Position numbers and translations under genes: made by a program. Shown here piece by piece: positions 18,237 through 27,457 of a DNA stretch of 64,000 nt (positions are counted from its first letter, which is position 1; every line of letters starts with the position of its first letter). Source of the DNA: Parcubacteria group bacterium RIFCSPLOWO2_01_FULL_48_18 (GTDB lineage Bacteria; Patescibacteriota; Minisyncoccia; UBA6257; WO2-01-48-18); contig MHXH01000018.1 of assembly GCA_001824435.1 (NCBI GenBank), positions 1,458 through 65,457 on the forward strand, written 5' to 3'. The notes under the pieces were generated by a model. It saw only the letters and a list, made by a program, of their open reading frames with translations. It ran no database searches and had not been told where the DNA came from.

Positions 18237-19486
18237 TGCCGCCTCCTTCGTTCATCGAGCTTTCCCGCGCGTAAAAGCTCAATCACCGCATGCAAATATT
18301 CTACAAAGGACGCGCGAGCATGAAGTTTGGAAAGCTCCTTCAGTGTGTGTGTATCAAGTATGAAATAACCGTTTGGGTCTACCTTTAGCGAGAGAGGGTG
18401 ATCGGACGGGATACCCCTAAGTTTTGGCAATGCATCGGATTTAATTTCGAGTTCAAGCGAAAGATTCCGGAAAGAAAAATTAATACAGAGAGCTGTTTCA
18501 TCGCTTTGCGGCGCATATTCTTGCCGGATCATGTACGCGCCCGCGCCAATGAAGGCCTCAATCTGCTCGTTAACATGATATTCCAAATTTGATGCACGCA
18601 TACGGTACCGCGCTAAAATTTTCTCTGCGCCCTTCATCTGATTCCGGAGATCTAAAACCCTGCTCAAATATTTTGAGAATTCTTCCTCAGCTTCTTTAAG
18701 AGCCTGGCTATTCAGTCTGTTAGCCCGTATAAGCTTGGCTTTGTGCAACAAAGCGGCATAGGCGCGTTTTGCCATCGCGCGTTCGTCGGGCGATCGGTAA
18801 CCAAACTCGAAAATAGGATCATACTGTTGCGGAGTTTCTTTTTTTGACGGCTCACGGAGAGGGACAGGATTCGCTTCGTCCCAGCGCAAAAATGAAAGCA
18901 GAAGATGCACAAGCGGGGCAATCTTGAAATCCGCAATGAGTTTAGAGATATCTTGGTTTAACGGACTTCCAAAACAAACAGAATATCCGGTTGCGCCGGC
19001 ATGCGGATGGCTGTGGGTGCCGCGATATTCGCCGGGAAGAAAGATTATACTGTCCTTAGTAAGATTTTCTTCGAGCAAACGTATGACGATATGAAATTGC
19101 CCGATGTCGTATTCGGTTTGTTGCGTTTTGCCCTCTATTTGCAGCCGAACAACCTGCATGATCCGCTTGGTGCATATACGCAAGTGGCCCTGATGTTCAT
19201 CAACCGAAATGAGTCGTACGCCCTCCATGGCCAAGATCTTTTCAAAATCATCGTCGAGGGTCGCGGCGCTTTCCCCCTCGCGCTTCAACTGTTCAAGGCT
19301 ATCCTGGAGTTCGGCAAGTTCAAGTGCCGCCCCATAACATTCGTCTTCCTCCTTGCTTAAAGCTTCTTTAAGGGCCCTAAGCCGCTCGGAGCCTCTTCTA
19401 AGTCGCTCTTGGTAATACGCACGGAGAAAAATCCGGAAGGCTTTCGTAAATGCGGCCTTCTCTTCGTTTCCCATCGCGAATTCCAC
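18233..19486 (-). CDS. Putative E2-like (UBC-fold) conjugating enzyme with a coiled-coil N-terminus and a roughly 200-aa C-terminal extension
   Basis: GEYRGTHSHPHAGATGYSVCFGSPL contains an HPH-x8-Cys arrangement like the UBC HPN...C active site; overlaps the JAB gene by 4 bp (ATGA). Assignment is by motif only. Confidence 0.4.
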   Translation of the reverse strand: MEFAMGNEEKAAFTKAFRIFLRAYYQERLRRGSERLRALKEALSKEEDECYGAALELAELQDSLEQLKREGESAATLDDDFEKILAMEGVRLISVDEHQGHLRICTKRIMQVVRLQIEGKTQQTEYDIGQFHIVIRLLEENLTKDSIIFLPGEYRGTHSHPHAGATGYSVCFGSPLNQDISKLIADFKIAPLVHLLLSFLRWDEANPVPLREPSKKETPQQYDPIFEFGYRSPDERAMAKRAYAALLHKAKLIRANRLNSQALKEAEEEFSKYLSRVLDLRNQMKGAEKILARYRMRASNLEYHVNEQIEAFIGAGAYMIRQEYAPQSDETALCINFSFRNLSLELEIKSDALPKLRGIPSDHPLSLKVDPNGYFILDTHTLKELSKLHARASFVEYLHAVIELLRAGKLDERRRRQ

Positions 19487-19570
19487 CCTTCCGTACTGAT
19501 ATTTTTAAAAAGCTGTTGTTAGTATAGGATAAATTTTAACAATAGGCAATTTTTTGAAAGCGGAGAAACA

Positions 19571-19598
19571 AATAAGACGCGCCGTCGCGTCTTATTTA
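19571..19598 (-). terminator. Hairpin (TAAGACGCG-ccgt-CGCGTCTTA) with flanking T-run, between the AAA gene and the E2-like gene; possible attenuator or terminator
   Basis: Perfect 9-bp GC-rich stem followed by ATTTGTTT on the minus strand. Confidence 0.4.
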
Positions 19599-19616
19599 CA
19601 GACAATTTTTTGAATA

Positions 19617-21506
19617 CTATACGATTCTTGTCGATTGAGGTTGCGAATTATGTTTACGAAGCTGCTTGGCGAGTTTTTTCCATTTTCCTTCAGGAATGAA
19701 TCGTTCGGAGTTGCAGTAGCTCAAGGCGAGTTCAGTCATGGTTCCGTACCGCAAGAAATCCTGGCCCGGAATGAAATCCTGAAACGCCCTCCGCAGATGT
19801 TCTGCGCCGAGCACCGCCCCTTCGTTGCTCGCGAGCGTATACGCTTTACGTACAATAGTTTCAATCTGCGCGCCGGTCAAACCAACCTCGTCCGACTCTT
19901 CTGTTCCTCGTTCATGCACGTCGGGATCGCATTCGATGAGACCCCGTGACGAATCGTAGTGCCGGTGAGAGAACCAGCCAAACTCCTGAAAGAACGAACC
20001 GTCTATGCTCCAGTTAAACGGAAATTTCTGTAACGCCGCCTGTATTTTCATTTTTTCGAGAATGGCGGGAAGTATTTCCCCTCTTTCCTCCGAAGAGGGA
20101 GGAAAGAACGGAATCCGTTCGTCAAATCGTCCTTCGCGAAGCAGGGCAGGATCGAGAAGATTGGGCATGTTTGAGGCAGCGAGCCACAGAACTCGTCCGC
20201 GGAGATTCGTGTCCGACATAAACTGGAAAAGGCGCGCCTGCATACGATTGTTGACGCCCGTATTGTCAATCATTGTGGACCGACTCTGATATTCCTGATC
20301 GATTTCGTCGACAAAGACTACGACAGGAGCTTGTGCCGCTATAAGTTCCAACGCGAAGTCAAGATTCCGTTCTGATTTACCCACCCACATTTCACGAATA
20401 TTTTTGAGCTTCACAAACGGAAGCCCGGCCTCGTGGGCAATCGCCTCGGCAAAAGCCGTTTTTCCGGTTCCCGGTGCGCCCAAAAGCAGAATGCCCATCG
20501 GTACGGCAAGAAAATCTCCCCGCTTGATGGCCTGCACCACTTCAAAAATATATTCTTTGTGAACCTTGAGTCCGCCGATGGCCTCCACGCCCCAAAGCGG
20601 CTGCATTATTTCAAGAAGTCCGCCCGATTGTTCTTCGATGAATTTCTTTTTCATCCGAAAAACCGTTTCGGCAGCGAGAGGAGCTTTTCTTAAGCCCGCT
20701 TCTTTGATCATGTTGCCGATTGCGTTTCGCGACATGCCCGCCGAAAGATAAGCGAGTTGCTTGGTGTCGATACTTTCTTTGTGCGGAGGGTACGATTTAA
20801 CGTGGAACGCGATTGTTTTTTCGCGCGCCGCGAGATCGGGGAAATAGAGCTTGAGAGGAGCTATGCCGTTTGTTTCCGATCGAAGCTGCGGAGCAATAAG
20901 TCCCAGGCTTTCTCCGACCAAGATTACAATATTACCGGCTTCCGAAATTTTTTTGTTCTTTGCCCATACGAGAAACGTTACCAGGGCATTCCGGTCGATT
21001 TCTTGGTTAGTAGCCGAGTCGCTGGGAGCGAGCGTTTCTATGTAATCGAGAATGGCGGCAAAAAAAGGTATTTTGAGTTCATCCTGCTCTTCAGGACAAC
21101 TCTTTACAGCTTCTCCGTTGCCTGTTTTTCTTGAGGCATAAGTAATTTCGAGCATTTCTCCGAAAAGCTGGAGAGCATATGCCGGATTGAATCGATTCCG
21201 CCTGAATTGTTCCAAAACTACATATTCGCCGGTCATCTGATTTTTTTCAGGATGGAGCATAACGAGAAATTCAAAGAAATCTTTTTCCATCTTGTGGTTC
21301 AGAAATTTAATCCCCGTTCCACGGTTAAAAAACGCAATAAAACGCGCTTTACCCGCCACGGTCCCCGAAACAAGATGTTCGTTCAGTTGTTCAATGCACC
21401 CGCCACGCCCATTTAAGACGTCATCGGCCACGTTCAAATAAAGAAGGAAGACGTGGCTCGATCGGGATTGCCATTTATACCTTAAGGCCTTTTCCCAGCT
21501 TTTCAC
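19617..21506 (-). CDS. Classical-clade AAA ATPase: roughly 330-aa N-terminal domain, one AAA module, C-terminal extension
   Basis: Walker A GAPGTGKT, Walker B VVFVDEID, SRH-like LLDPALLREGRFDERI; 4-bp overlap with the upstream ClpP-like gene. Confidence 0.85.
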   Translation of the reverse strand: MKSWEKALRYKWQSRSSHVFLLYLNVADDVLNGRGGCIEQLNEHLVSGTVAGKARFIAFFNRGTGIKFLNHKMEKDFFEFLVMLHPEKNQMTGEYVVLEQFRRNRFNPAYALQLFGEMLEITYASRKTGNGEAVKSCPEEQDELKIPFFAAILDYIETLAPSDSATNQEIDRNALVTFLVWAKNKKISEAGNIVILVGESLGLIAPQLRSETNGIAPLKLYFPDLAAREKTIAFHVKSYPPHKESIDTKQLAYLSAGMSRNAIGNMIKEAGLRKAPLAAETVFRMKKKFIEEQSGGLLEIMQPLWGVEAIGGLKVHKEYIFEVVQAIKRGDFLAVPMGILLLGAPGTGKTAFAEAIAHEAGLPFVKLKNIREMWVGKSERNLDFALELIAAQAPVVVFVDEIDQEYQSRSTMIDNTGVNNRMQARLFQFMSDTNLRGRVLWLAASNMPNLLDPALLREGRFDERIPFFPPSSEERGEILPAILEKMKIQAALQKFPFNWSIDGSFFQEFGWFSHRHYDSSRGLIECDPDVHERGTEESDEVGLTGAQIETIVRKAYTLASNEGAVLGAEHLRRAFQDFIPGQDFLRYGTMTELALSYCNSERFIPEGKWKKLAKQLRKHNSQPQSTRIV

Positions 21507-22267
21507 GCCCTACCTCCTTCCTGCTTTTCCGACAATGCTTCCGTTGGCGCGTTAAAAATCTCCATAATCTTTCCATCTCCCGGCGGAATTACCGCATCAA
21601 TAATGCCAGCTGCTTGCGCCTCGTACGCAGAAAGGTATGTTTCGTTTTTCAGGAATCTTTTGACGAGCTTTATTCTGCCTTCGTCGTTCTCAAGCATGGT
21701 TTTATCCCTCGGCGCGATTTGTTCTTGCTCCAGGTGATACTCCGGAATTTTAGTCCGCTGCGCCAAGAGAAGATACATTTGACGAGCCAGCCGGTCGGTG
21801 TACTCCTTGGCTCGCTCAAAATCCTCGCCCTGTCCTCCGATAACCCGCGATTCCGCGTGGAGGTGGACGATTGAACGGTCAAGCGCATAGCGCTTTCCTC
21901 TGGTGCCGGAAGCAAGAATGATGGACGCCATACTCATGGAAGAACCGACAACGAGAATTTCTACATCAATTCCCATGGCTTGAACGTGTTCGATTGCCTG
22001 GACAATCATGAGGCCTGCATCAATATCGCCGCCGCGGTTATTAATAACCATCTTGATCGGGTCTCGGCTTTCACCCGCAAGATAAAAAAGCGAGGCGAAG
22101 ATTTCTTCGGCAAGGAATGGAATGCTATCCGCCACAATGATGTCAACATTAATACTGGAATGGATCCTTCCGAAAAGCGTAATAATTCTTGAATTGCTGC
22201 CATAGATCATCCAAGGGGTTACGAGCGGCCCGGTGGGTGTCGGCGAAAACGGTCGTCGTAAGGTCAT
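21503..22267 (-). CDS. ClpP-family serine peptidase (divergent), catalytic triad apparently intact
   Basis: Aligns by eye to ClpP: INNRGGDIDAGLMIVQAIE (INSPGGVITAGMAIYDTMQ), VVGSSMSMASIILASGTRGKRYALDRSIVHLH ([34 protein letters not shown]), GIIDAVI; Ser, His and Asp are all present. Confidence 0.75.
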   Translation of the reverse strand: MTLRRPFSPTPTGPLVTPWMIYGSNSRIITLFGRIHSSINVDIIVADSIPFLAEEIFASLFYLAGESRDPIKMVINNRGGDIDAGLMIVQAIEHVQAMGIDVEILVVGSSMSMASIILASGTRGKRYALDRSIVHLHAESRVIGGQGEDFERAKEYTDRLARQMYLLLAQRTKIPEYHLEQEQIAPRDKTMLENDEGRIKLVKRFLKNETYLSAYEAQAAGIIDAVIPPGDGKIMEIFNAPTEALSEKQEGGRA

Positions 22268-22365
22268 GTGCTGTTTTCCTCAATCAAAAGGATTTTCAAA
22301 TACGCTAAGGTTATTCTACTATAAACAGTTAGTTTATGCAAAATAAAGAATGGAGCATCAAGTGG

Positions 22366-22400
22366 AAAAAAAATCAGCTTCCGAGAAAAGCTGGTTTTTT
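22366..22400 (-). terminator. Rho-independent terminator downstream of rpsA and upstream of the ClpP-like operon
   Basis: A-run, CAGCTT-loop-AAGCTG, T-run (bidirectional). Confidence 0.55.
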
Positions 22401-22425
22401 CATAAACATACGAGCGCCCTAAAGT

Positions 22426-23622
22426 TTATGCTGCGGGGGCGGCGTCCTGACCGTCTTCGGTAGGCGCCTCAATATTTGTTTTTTTGGTCGCGTCCGCGTC
22501 TTGAACAACGCCTCCTTCTTGGTTTTCGATCGCTTCTTTTTTGCGGACGAGCACAATTCTTTTATCCTCCGGCCTGATCGATTTGATGATGAATGGATAT
22601 GATACGCCGACCTCAAGCGTTCCCTTCATTTCGTCAAAACCGCCGAATTCGGAAACATGGATAAGGCCAGAAAAGTCCGCATCAAGTTTTACTAACGCGC
22701 CGAACGGATTGAATTTTATCACCTCGCCTGCGATTTCCTGTCCTTCGGTAAACCGCTCCAACACCTTATCCCACGGATTTTCCTTGAGTTGCTTAAGCGA
22801 AAGGGAAATTTTACTGTCCCTGATATCGACAATCTTCGCTTTCACTAAATCGCTGACATTCAATACCGAACGGGGGGTATCGATTAAGCGGTGGTCGATT
22901 TCGGAAAGATGCACCAGGCCCTCCAGTTCTGAATTGTCGGAAAAACGTACAAATGCTCCGAAGTCTGTCACGCCGGATACGATACCGTCAATGACGTCAC
23001 CGATCCGGTACGTTGCCACCAACGCTCTCAGATCGCTTTCGGCCACCGCGCGTTCTGAAATGACGAGCTTATTACTCTTCTGGTTGAACGAGAGGATTTT
23101 TACCGCCAGCGTTTTCCCCACGAACTGCCGAAGCGCCTCAAGGATTTTCTGCTGATCGGCGCCGACTCGCGGATAATGCTCGTTGCTCAATTGAGATACG
23201 GGCATAAAACCGGCGATGCCGAATACGTCGGCAACCAAACCGCCCCGATTATATCCGGTAATGGACGCCTCAAATTTTTCGTCCTTTGCATGTACGTCCT
23301 GAATCATATCCCAACCTTTCTGTTTGCCGGCTTCTTTCAACGAAAGTTCAATATAGCCCGCATCGTTTTCGGGGTCGATCACCTTTCCCACCACTTCTGC
23401 GCCAACCTCAAGCGTTTTGATCAGGTCGTTCGCGTTGAGATATTCAACGCCGTACACCAAGCCGGTGCCGTATGCGCCCAAATCCACGAAAAGCTTTTTG
23501 GGCCGCTTTTCCATTACCACGCCTTTCGCCAAGTCGCCATCCTTAAGGAGCGCGCACACTTTCTTATCCTTAAGCAACCGCTCCATATACCCATCCTCTT
23601 TTTCTACAACGGTTTGATGCAT
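22426..23622 (-). CDS. rpsA: 30S ribosomal protein S1 (four S1 domains). The ORF extends to 23679; the likely start is ATG at 23622 (MHQTVVEKEDGY).
   Basis: Repeated S1 OB-fold segments (GDLAKGVVMEKRPKKLFVDLG, GDVIDGIVSGVTDFGAFVRF, GQEIAGEVIKFNPFGALVKL). Confidence 0.8.
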   Translation of the reverse strand: MHQTVVEKEDGYMERLLKDKKVCALLKDGDLAKGVVMEKRPKKLFVDLGAYGTGLVYGVEYLNANDLIKTLEVGAEVVGKVIDPENDAGYIELSLKEAGKQKGWDMIQDVHAKDEKFEASITGYNRGGLVADVFGIAGFMPVSQLSNEHYPRVGADQQKILEALRQFVGKTLAVKILSFNQKSNKLVISERAVAESDLRALVATYRIGDVIDGIVSGVTDFGAFVRFSDNSELEGLVHLSEIDHRLIDTPRSVLNVSDLVKAKIVDIRDSKISLSLKQLKENPWDKVLERFTEGQEIAGEVIKFNPFGALVKLDADFSGLIHVSEFGGFDEMKGTLEVGVSYPFIIKSIRPEDKRIVLVRKKEAIENQEGGVVQDADATKKTNIEAPTEDGQDAAPAA

Positions 23623-23831
23623 AATAGGGATAGTATATGCGACGTAGGAAGAAAATGCAAGGAGAGGGACGAAGAACAATATTGTTGAAAAAGTGGCCCA
23701 GGATTGTTATTCTTGAAAATAAACACATAAGTCCTTGATCTTCAACCCGTGACGCACAACGCCTTTTGTGTGCTAAAACTACGAGAGCGTAACTCCCGTC
23801 AGGGGTTATGATCGGCGACCACTGTTAATTT

Positions 23832-24455
23832 TTGACCATTTCTTGGTACGGAGAAAATTGTTTTAAAATACAGAGCGGCCAGCTTACCTTGATGACCGAT
23901 CCGCCTTCCCCGTCAAGCGGCATAAAGCAGCCGCGTTTTCGATACGATATTTTGATACGCACACTCACCGCCGTGCCGGTCGAAAGACCGCGCGAGGAGG
24001 ACGCATTTGTCATCATCGGTCCGGGGGAATACCAGATACAACGCCTTATCATTCGAGGCGCCGCGCTTGAATCAGAATCAAGCAATACCTTCTTAAAAAC
24101 CATCTATCTGATAGACGATGGCAATCTGCGCCTGTGTCTTCTCGGGCATATCAGCGAGAAAGGGCTTGGCCCCAAGCTGATAGAATTTCTCGGAGAGGTT
24201 GATGCAATTATCGTCCCCGGCGGCGGTAAGCCATTCATCAACCAAGAAGACGCAGCAGAACTGATCAATCAGATTGAACCCTCGATTGTTATTCCGTCCT
24301 GCTTCAAGATACCGGGGCTTAAAAGAACTTCTGATGACGCCAAAAGATTTGTCAAAGAATTCGGATCGGCAGCTGCTCCGGTAGAAAAAATCACGATCAA
24401 GAAAAAAGATTTAGACCCGGAAGAAACAAATGTAATTCTCTTAACCCCAAATTAA
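23832..24455 (+). CDS. Degenerate MBL-fold (UPF0173-like) protein lacking the HxHxDH metal-binding motif
   Basis: N-terminus ISWYGENCFKIQ..LTLMTDP resembles MBL/UPF0173 ITWLGHSCF..ILIDP; no HxHxDH. Confidence 0.35.
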   Translation: MTISWYGENCFKIQSGQLTLMTDPPSPSSGIKQPRFRYDILIRTLTAVPVERPREEDAFVIIGPGEYQIQRLIIRGAALESESSNTFLKTIYLIDDGNLRLCLLGHISEKGLGPKLIEFLGEVDAIIVPGGGKPFINQEDAAELINQIEPSIVIPSCFKIPGLKRTSDDAKRFVKEFGSAAAPVEKITIKKKDLDPEETNVILLTPN

Positions 24456-24487
24456 ATGACGCGTCGTGTTAAAATAAATGGCATTCC

Positions 24488-24781
24488 ATGGAGGTATTAA
24501 AAAAACTACAAGAACAAGATGAGGGCATGAGACGGCGTCTCGTGTGGCTTTTGACAGCGACTTCGATGGCGCTGGTGTTGGCCGGCTGGATTTTTTATCT
24601 TAGGCGCAGCGCCGAACCTTATCGGGGGGCAGCAGATGGAACCAAGGGAATTGACACAGCGTCGGCAGTCACCACCCTCAAAGATGAATGGAAAGAGACA
24701 AAAGATACGCTGTCGCCGGCCATCGGCGGTCTTACGCAATCGATTGAAGAACTGACGGAGGCGCTGAAAGAACAACAATAA
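24488..24781 (+). CDS. Small single-pass membrane protein, hypothetical
   Basis: One TM segment (LVWLLTATSMALVLAGWIFYL); short intergenic gap before gyrA. Confidence 0.4.
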   Translation: MEVLKKLQEQDEGMRRRLVWLLTATSMALVLAGWIFYLRRSAEPYRGAADGTKGIDTASAVTTLKDEWKETKDTLSPAIGGLTQSIEELTEALKEQQ

Positions 24782-24825
24782 CCGGTTTTCGCATCGATAT
24801 ATAAGCACTATTCGCGTCAACGCGC

Positions 24826-27285
24826 ATGTCTGAACGCATTCAAAAAAGAGAAATTACGGAAGAAATGCAGACATCCTATCTCGACTACGCAATGTCGGTG
24901 ATTATTTCGCGCGCCCTTCCCGACGTTCGGGACGGCTTCAAGCCGGTGCATCGGAGGATACTCTACGCGATGTACGAGATGGGGCTCAGGCATAATATAA
25001 AGTTCACCAAATGCGCCAACATCGTCGGCTCGGTGCTCGGCCGCTATCATCCGCACGGAGACATCGCGGTCTACGATTCACTCGTGCGCATGGCTCAAGA
25101 TTTTTCGCTGCGTTATCCGCTGATCGAAGGCCAGGGCAATTTCGGTTCAATTGACGGAGACGGCGCAGCCGCATACCGGTACACCGAGGCCCGCCTTACC
25201 AAACTGGCAGAGGAAATGCTAAAAGACATTGAAAAGGATACCGTGAAGTTTAACGACAACTACGACGGCACGCGTAAGGAGCCGGCCGTACTCCCTGCTC
25301 TGCTGCCGAATCTTCTGTTAAACGGCACCGTCGGCATTGCCGTCGGCATGGCTACCAGCATTCCCCCGCATAACCTTACAGAAGTGACAAGCGCCGCCAT
25401 TCACCTCATCGATAATCCGAAGGCGGGAAATGAAGATCTGCTTCAATATATCACCGGCCCGGATTTTCCGACCGGAGGGATCATCTACGATAAAAAGTCG
25501 ATTCTCGAAGCTTATGCAACGGGCCGCGGCAAGGTGACCATACGGGCAGTCGCTGAAATTGGTGAACGCAAAAACAAAGAATTCCAGATCGTGGTAACCG
25601 AAATTCCCTATCAGGTCAATAAAGCGGAACTCATCACGCATATGGCAGAATTGGTGACGGAGAAAAAGCTCGACGGCATCCGCGACATCCGCGACGAATC
25701 GGATAAAGAAGGATTGCGCGTTGTCATTGAGCTTAAAAATACCGCCAATCCCCAACGGGTGCTCAATCAACTCTACAACCGCACCGACCTTCAAAAAGAC
25801 TTTCATTTCAACCTGCTTGCCCTCTCCGACGGCATCCAGCCACAGATACTCTCTCTCAAAAACATCCTTGAGCTACATCTCAAGCACCGGAATGAAGTGA
25901 TCAGGCGCCGCTCTCAGTTTGATCTGAAAAAAACGCAAGAACGGGTGCACATTCTTTTTGGACTTGCCCGAGCCCTCAAGCATATCGACGCCGTCATCCG
26001 TGCCATCAAAAAATCGGAGAGCAAAGAAGATGCCCACAAGAACCTCGTGCGCCAATTTAAATTGACAGCGGCGCAAGCAGACGCGATTTTGGAAATGAGG
26101 CTTCAAACGCTTGCCGGACTTGAACGCAAAAAGATAGAAACCGAGCTCAAGGAAAAACAAGCGCTCGCCGCACAGCTCGAATCAATTCTGAAAAACCCGA
26201 AGAAAATACTCAAGCTCATAAAAGACGACTTGCTCTATTTAAAAGACGCGTACGGCGACGAGCGGCGCACAAAAATCATTTCTTCGGCGCTGAAAGAATT
26301 TAAAGAGGAAGATCTTGTCCCGCAAGAAAAGGCCATCATTACGCTCACGCAAGGAGGGTATATCAAGCGTATGCCGCCGGCCACCGTCAAATCGCAGCGG
26401 CGCGGAGGCAAGGGCGTGATCGGCTTTGAAGTAAAGGAAGAAGATTTTGTATCGCACTTTTTACACGCGAATACGCACGACAATATTCTTTTTTTCACCG
26501 ACAGGGGCCGCGCGTTCCAAACCAAGGTATATGAAATTCCCGAAGGATCGCGAACCAGCCAAGGAAAAGCAATCCATAATTTCCTGGAAGTTCCGGTCGA
26601 CGAAAAAATAAAAGCCCTTGTCGCCTATCCTTCCGTACATGCACCCGGCGGGGGGGCAACGACCGACGGCCAAAGATCAAAAGTCAGCTATTTAGTCATG
26701 GCAACCGCCGGTGGTATGATTAAAAAAACGCCCCTTGAAGAATTCATGAGTGTGCGGCGTTCGGGCATCATCGCCATCCGGCTAAAGAAGGGGGATGAGC
26801 TGCGGTGGGCGCGCCTTTCCTCCGGAGAAGACGATATCATTCTTGTCGGCGACGACGGACAGGCAATCCGTTTTCCGGAAAAACAAACGCGGCCCATGGG
26901 AAGAACCGCTGCCGGCGTTACCGGCATGCGGCTCAAGACGGGTGCGAAAGTAAGCGCACTCGATATCGTGTCAAGGCATACCGCGTCCACAAACCTTCTG
27001 GTGGTTACCCAAAACGGCTTCGGCAAACAAACCCCGCTCAAAGAATACCGCCGACAGAGCCGCGGAGGCAGAGGGATTAAAACCGCAAAAGTCACGCCGA
27101 AAACCGGGCGAGTGGTCTGTGCAGAAATTATCGTAGAACAGAAAGAGTTGATCACGCTTTCAGAAAAAGGACAAATCATGAAAACCGACATCGCGAGCAT
27201 CCGCACAATGGGCCGCGCTACGCAAGGAGTAAAAATCATGAATCTTCAAAAGAAAGATGCAATAGCAGGGGTAATTTCTATCTAG
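24826..27285 (+). CDS. gyrA: DNA gyrase subunit A
   Basis: GyrA N-terminus with active-site region [15 protein letters not shown]-like motifs, C-terminal beta-pinwheel repeats; 819 aa. Confidence 0.95.
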   Translation: MSERIQKREITEEMQTSYLDYAMSVIISRALPDVRDGFKPVHRRILYAMYEMGLRHNIKFTKCANIVGSVLGRYHPHGDIAVYDSLVRMAQDFSLRYPLIEGQGNFGSIDGDGAAAYRYTEARLTKLAEEMLKDIEKDTVKFNDNYDGTRKEPAVLPALLPNLLLNGTVGIAVGMATSIPPHNLTEVTSAAIHLIDNPKAGNEDLLQYITGPDFPTGGIIYDKKSILEAYATGRGKVTIRAVAEIGERKNKEFQIVVTEIPYQVNKAELITHMAELVTEKKLDGIRDIRDESDKEGLRVVIELKNTANPQRVLNQLYNRTDLQKDFHFNLLALSDGIQPQILSLKNILELHLKHRNEVIRRRSQFDLKKTQERVHILFGLARALKHIDAVIRAIKKSESKEDAHKNLVRQFKLTAAQADAILEMRLQTLAGLERKKIETELKEKQALAAQLESILKNPKKILKLIKDDLLYLKDAYGDERRTKIISSALKEFKEEDLVPQEKAIITLTQGGYIKRMPPATVKSQRRGGKGVIGFEVKEEDFVSHFLHANTHDNILFFTDRGRAFQTKVYEIPEGSRTSQGKAIHNFLEVPVDEKIKALVAYPSVHAPGGGATTDGQRSKVSYLVMATAGGMIKKTPLEEFMSVRRSGIIAIRLKKGDELRWARLSSGEDDIILVGDDGQAIRFPEKQTRPMGRTAAGVTGMRLKTGAKVSALDIVSRHTASTNLLVVTQNGFGKQTPLKEYRRQSRGGRGIKTAKVTPKTGRVVCAEIIVEQKELITLSEKGQIMKTDIASIRTMGRATQGVKIMNLQKKDAIAGVISI

Positions 27286-27385
27286 TACTTCATCAACTTA
27301 ATTTTGCCTGCTCTGTGACAAAAAACTGTGTGTATGAGATGTTTTGTGGCAACGACGGCATCAAAATTAAGTTAATTCAGCACTA

Positions 27386-27456
27386 GCTTGTAGCTTTTTA
27401 ACTTGTAGCTTCTTAGATAATCCTACAAGCTACAAGCTACAAGCTAACAGCTAACC
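27386..27456. promoter_or_regulatory. Array of CTTGTAGC / GCTACAAG motifs (two direct, three or more inverted) directly upstream of the solute-binding protein gene
   Basis: agCTTGTAGCt, aaCTTGTAGCtt, then cCTACAAGCTACAAGCTACAAGCTAACAGCTAACc. Confidence 0.4.
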
Positions 27457-27457
27457 T

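Noticed and set aside
25318-26680. Several minus-strand ORFs (162, 95, 96, 72, 70 and 61 aa) inside gyrA
   Set aside because: They are antisense to a highly conserved gene, hence spurious.
27386-27456. Possible CRISPR or minisatellite
   Set aside because: The units are 7-8 bp in mixed orientation, far too short and spacer-less for CRISPR; it is treated as an operator-like or simple-sequence tract instead.
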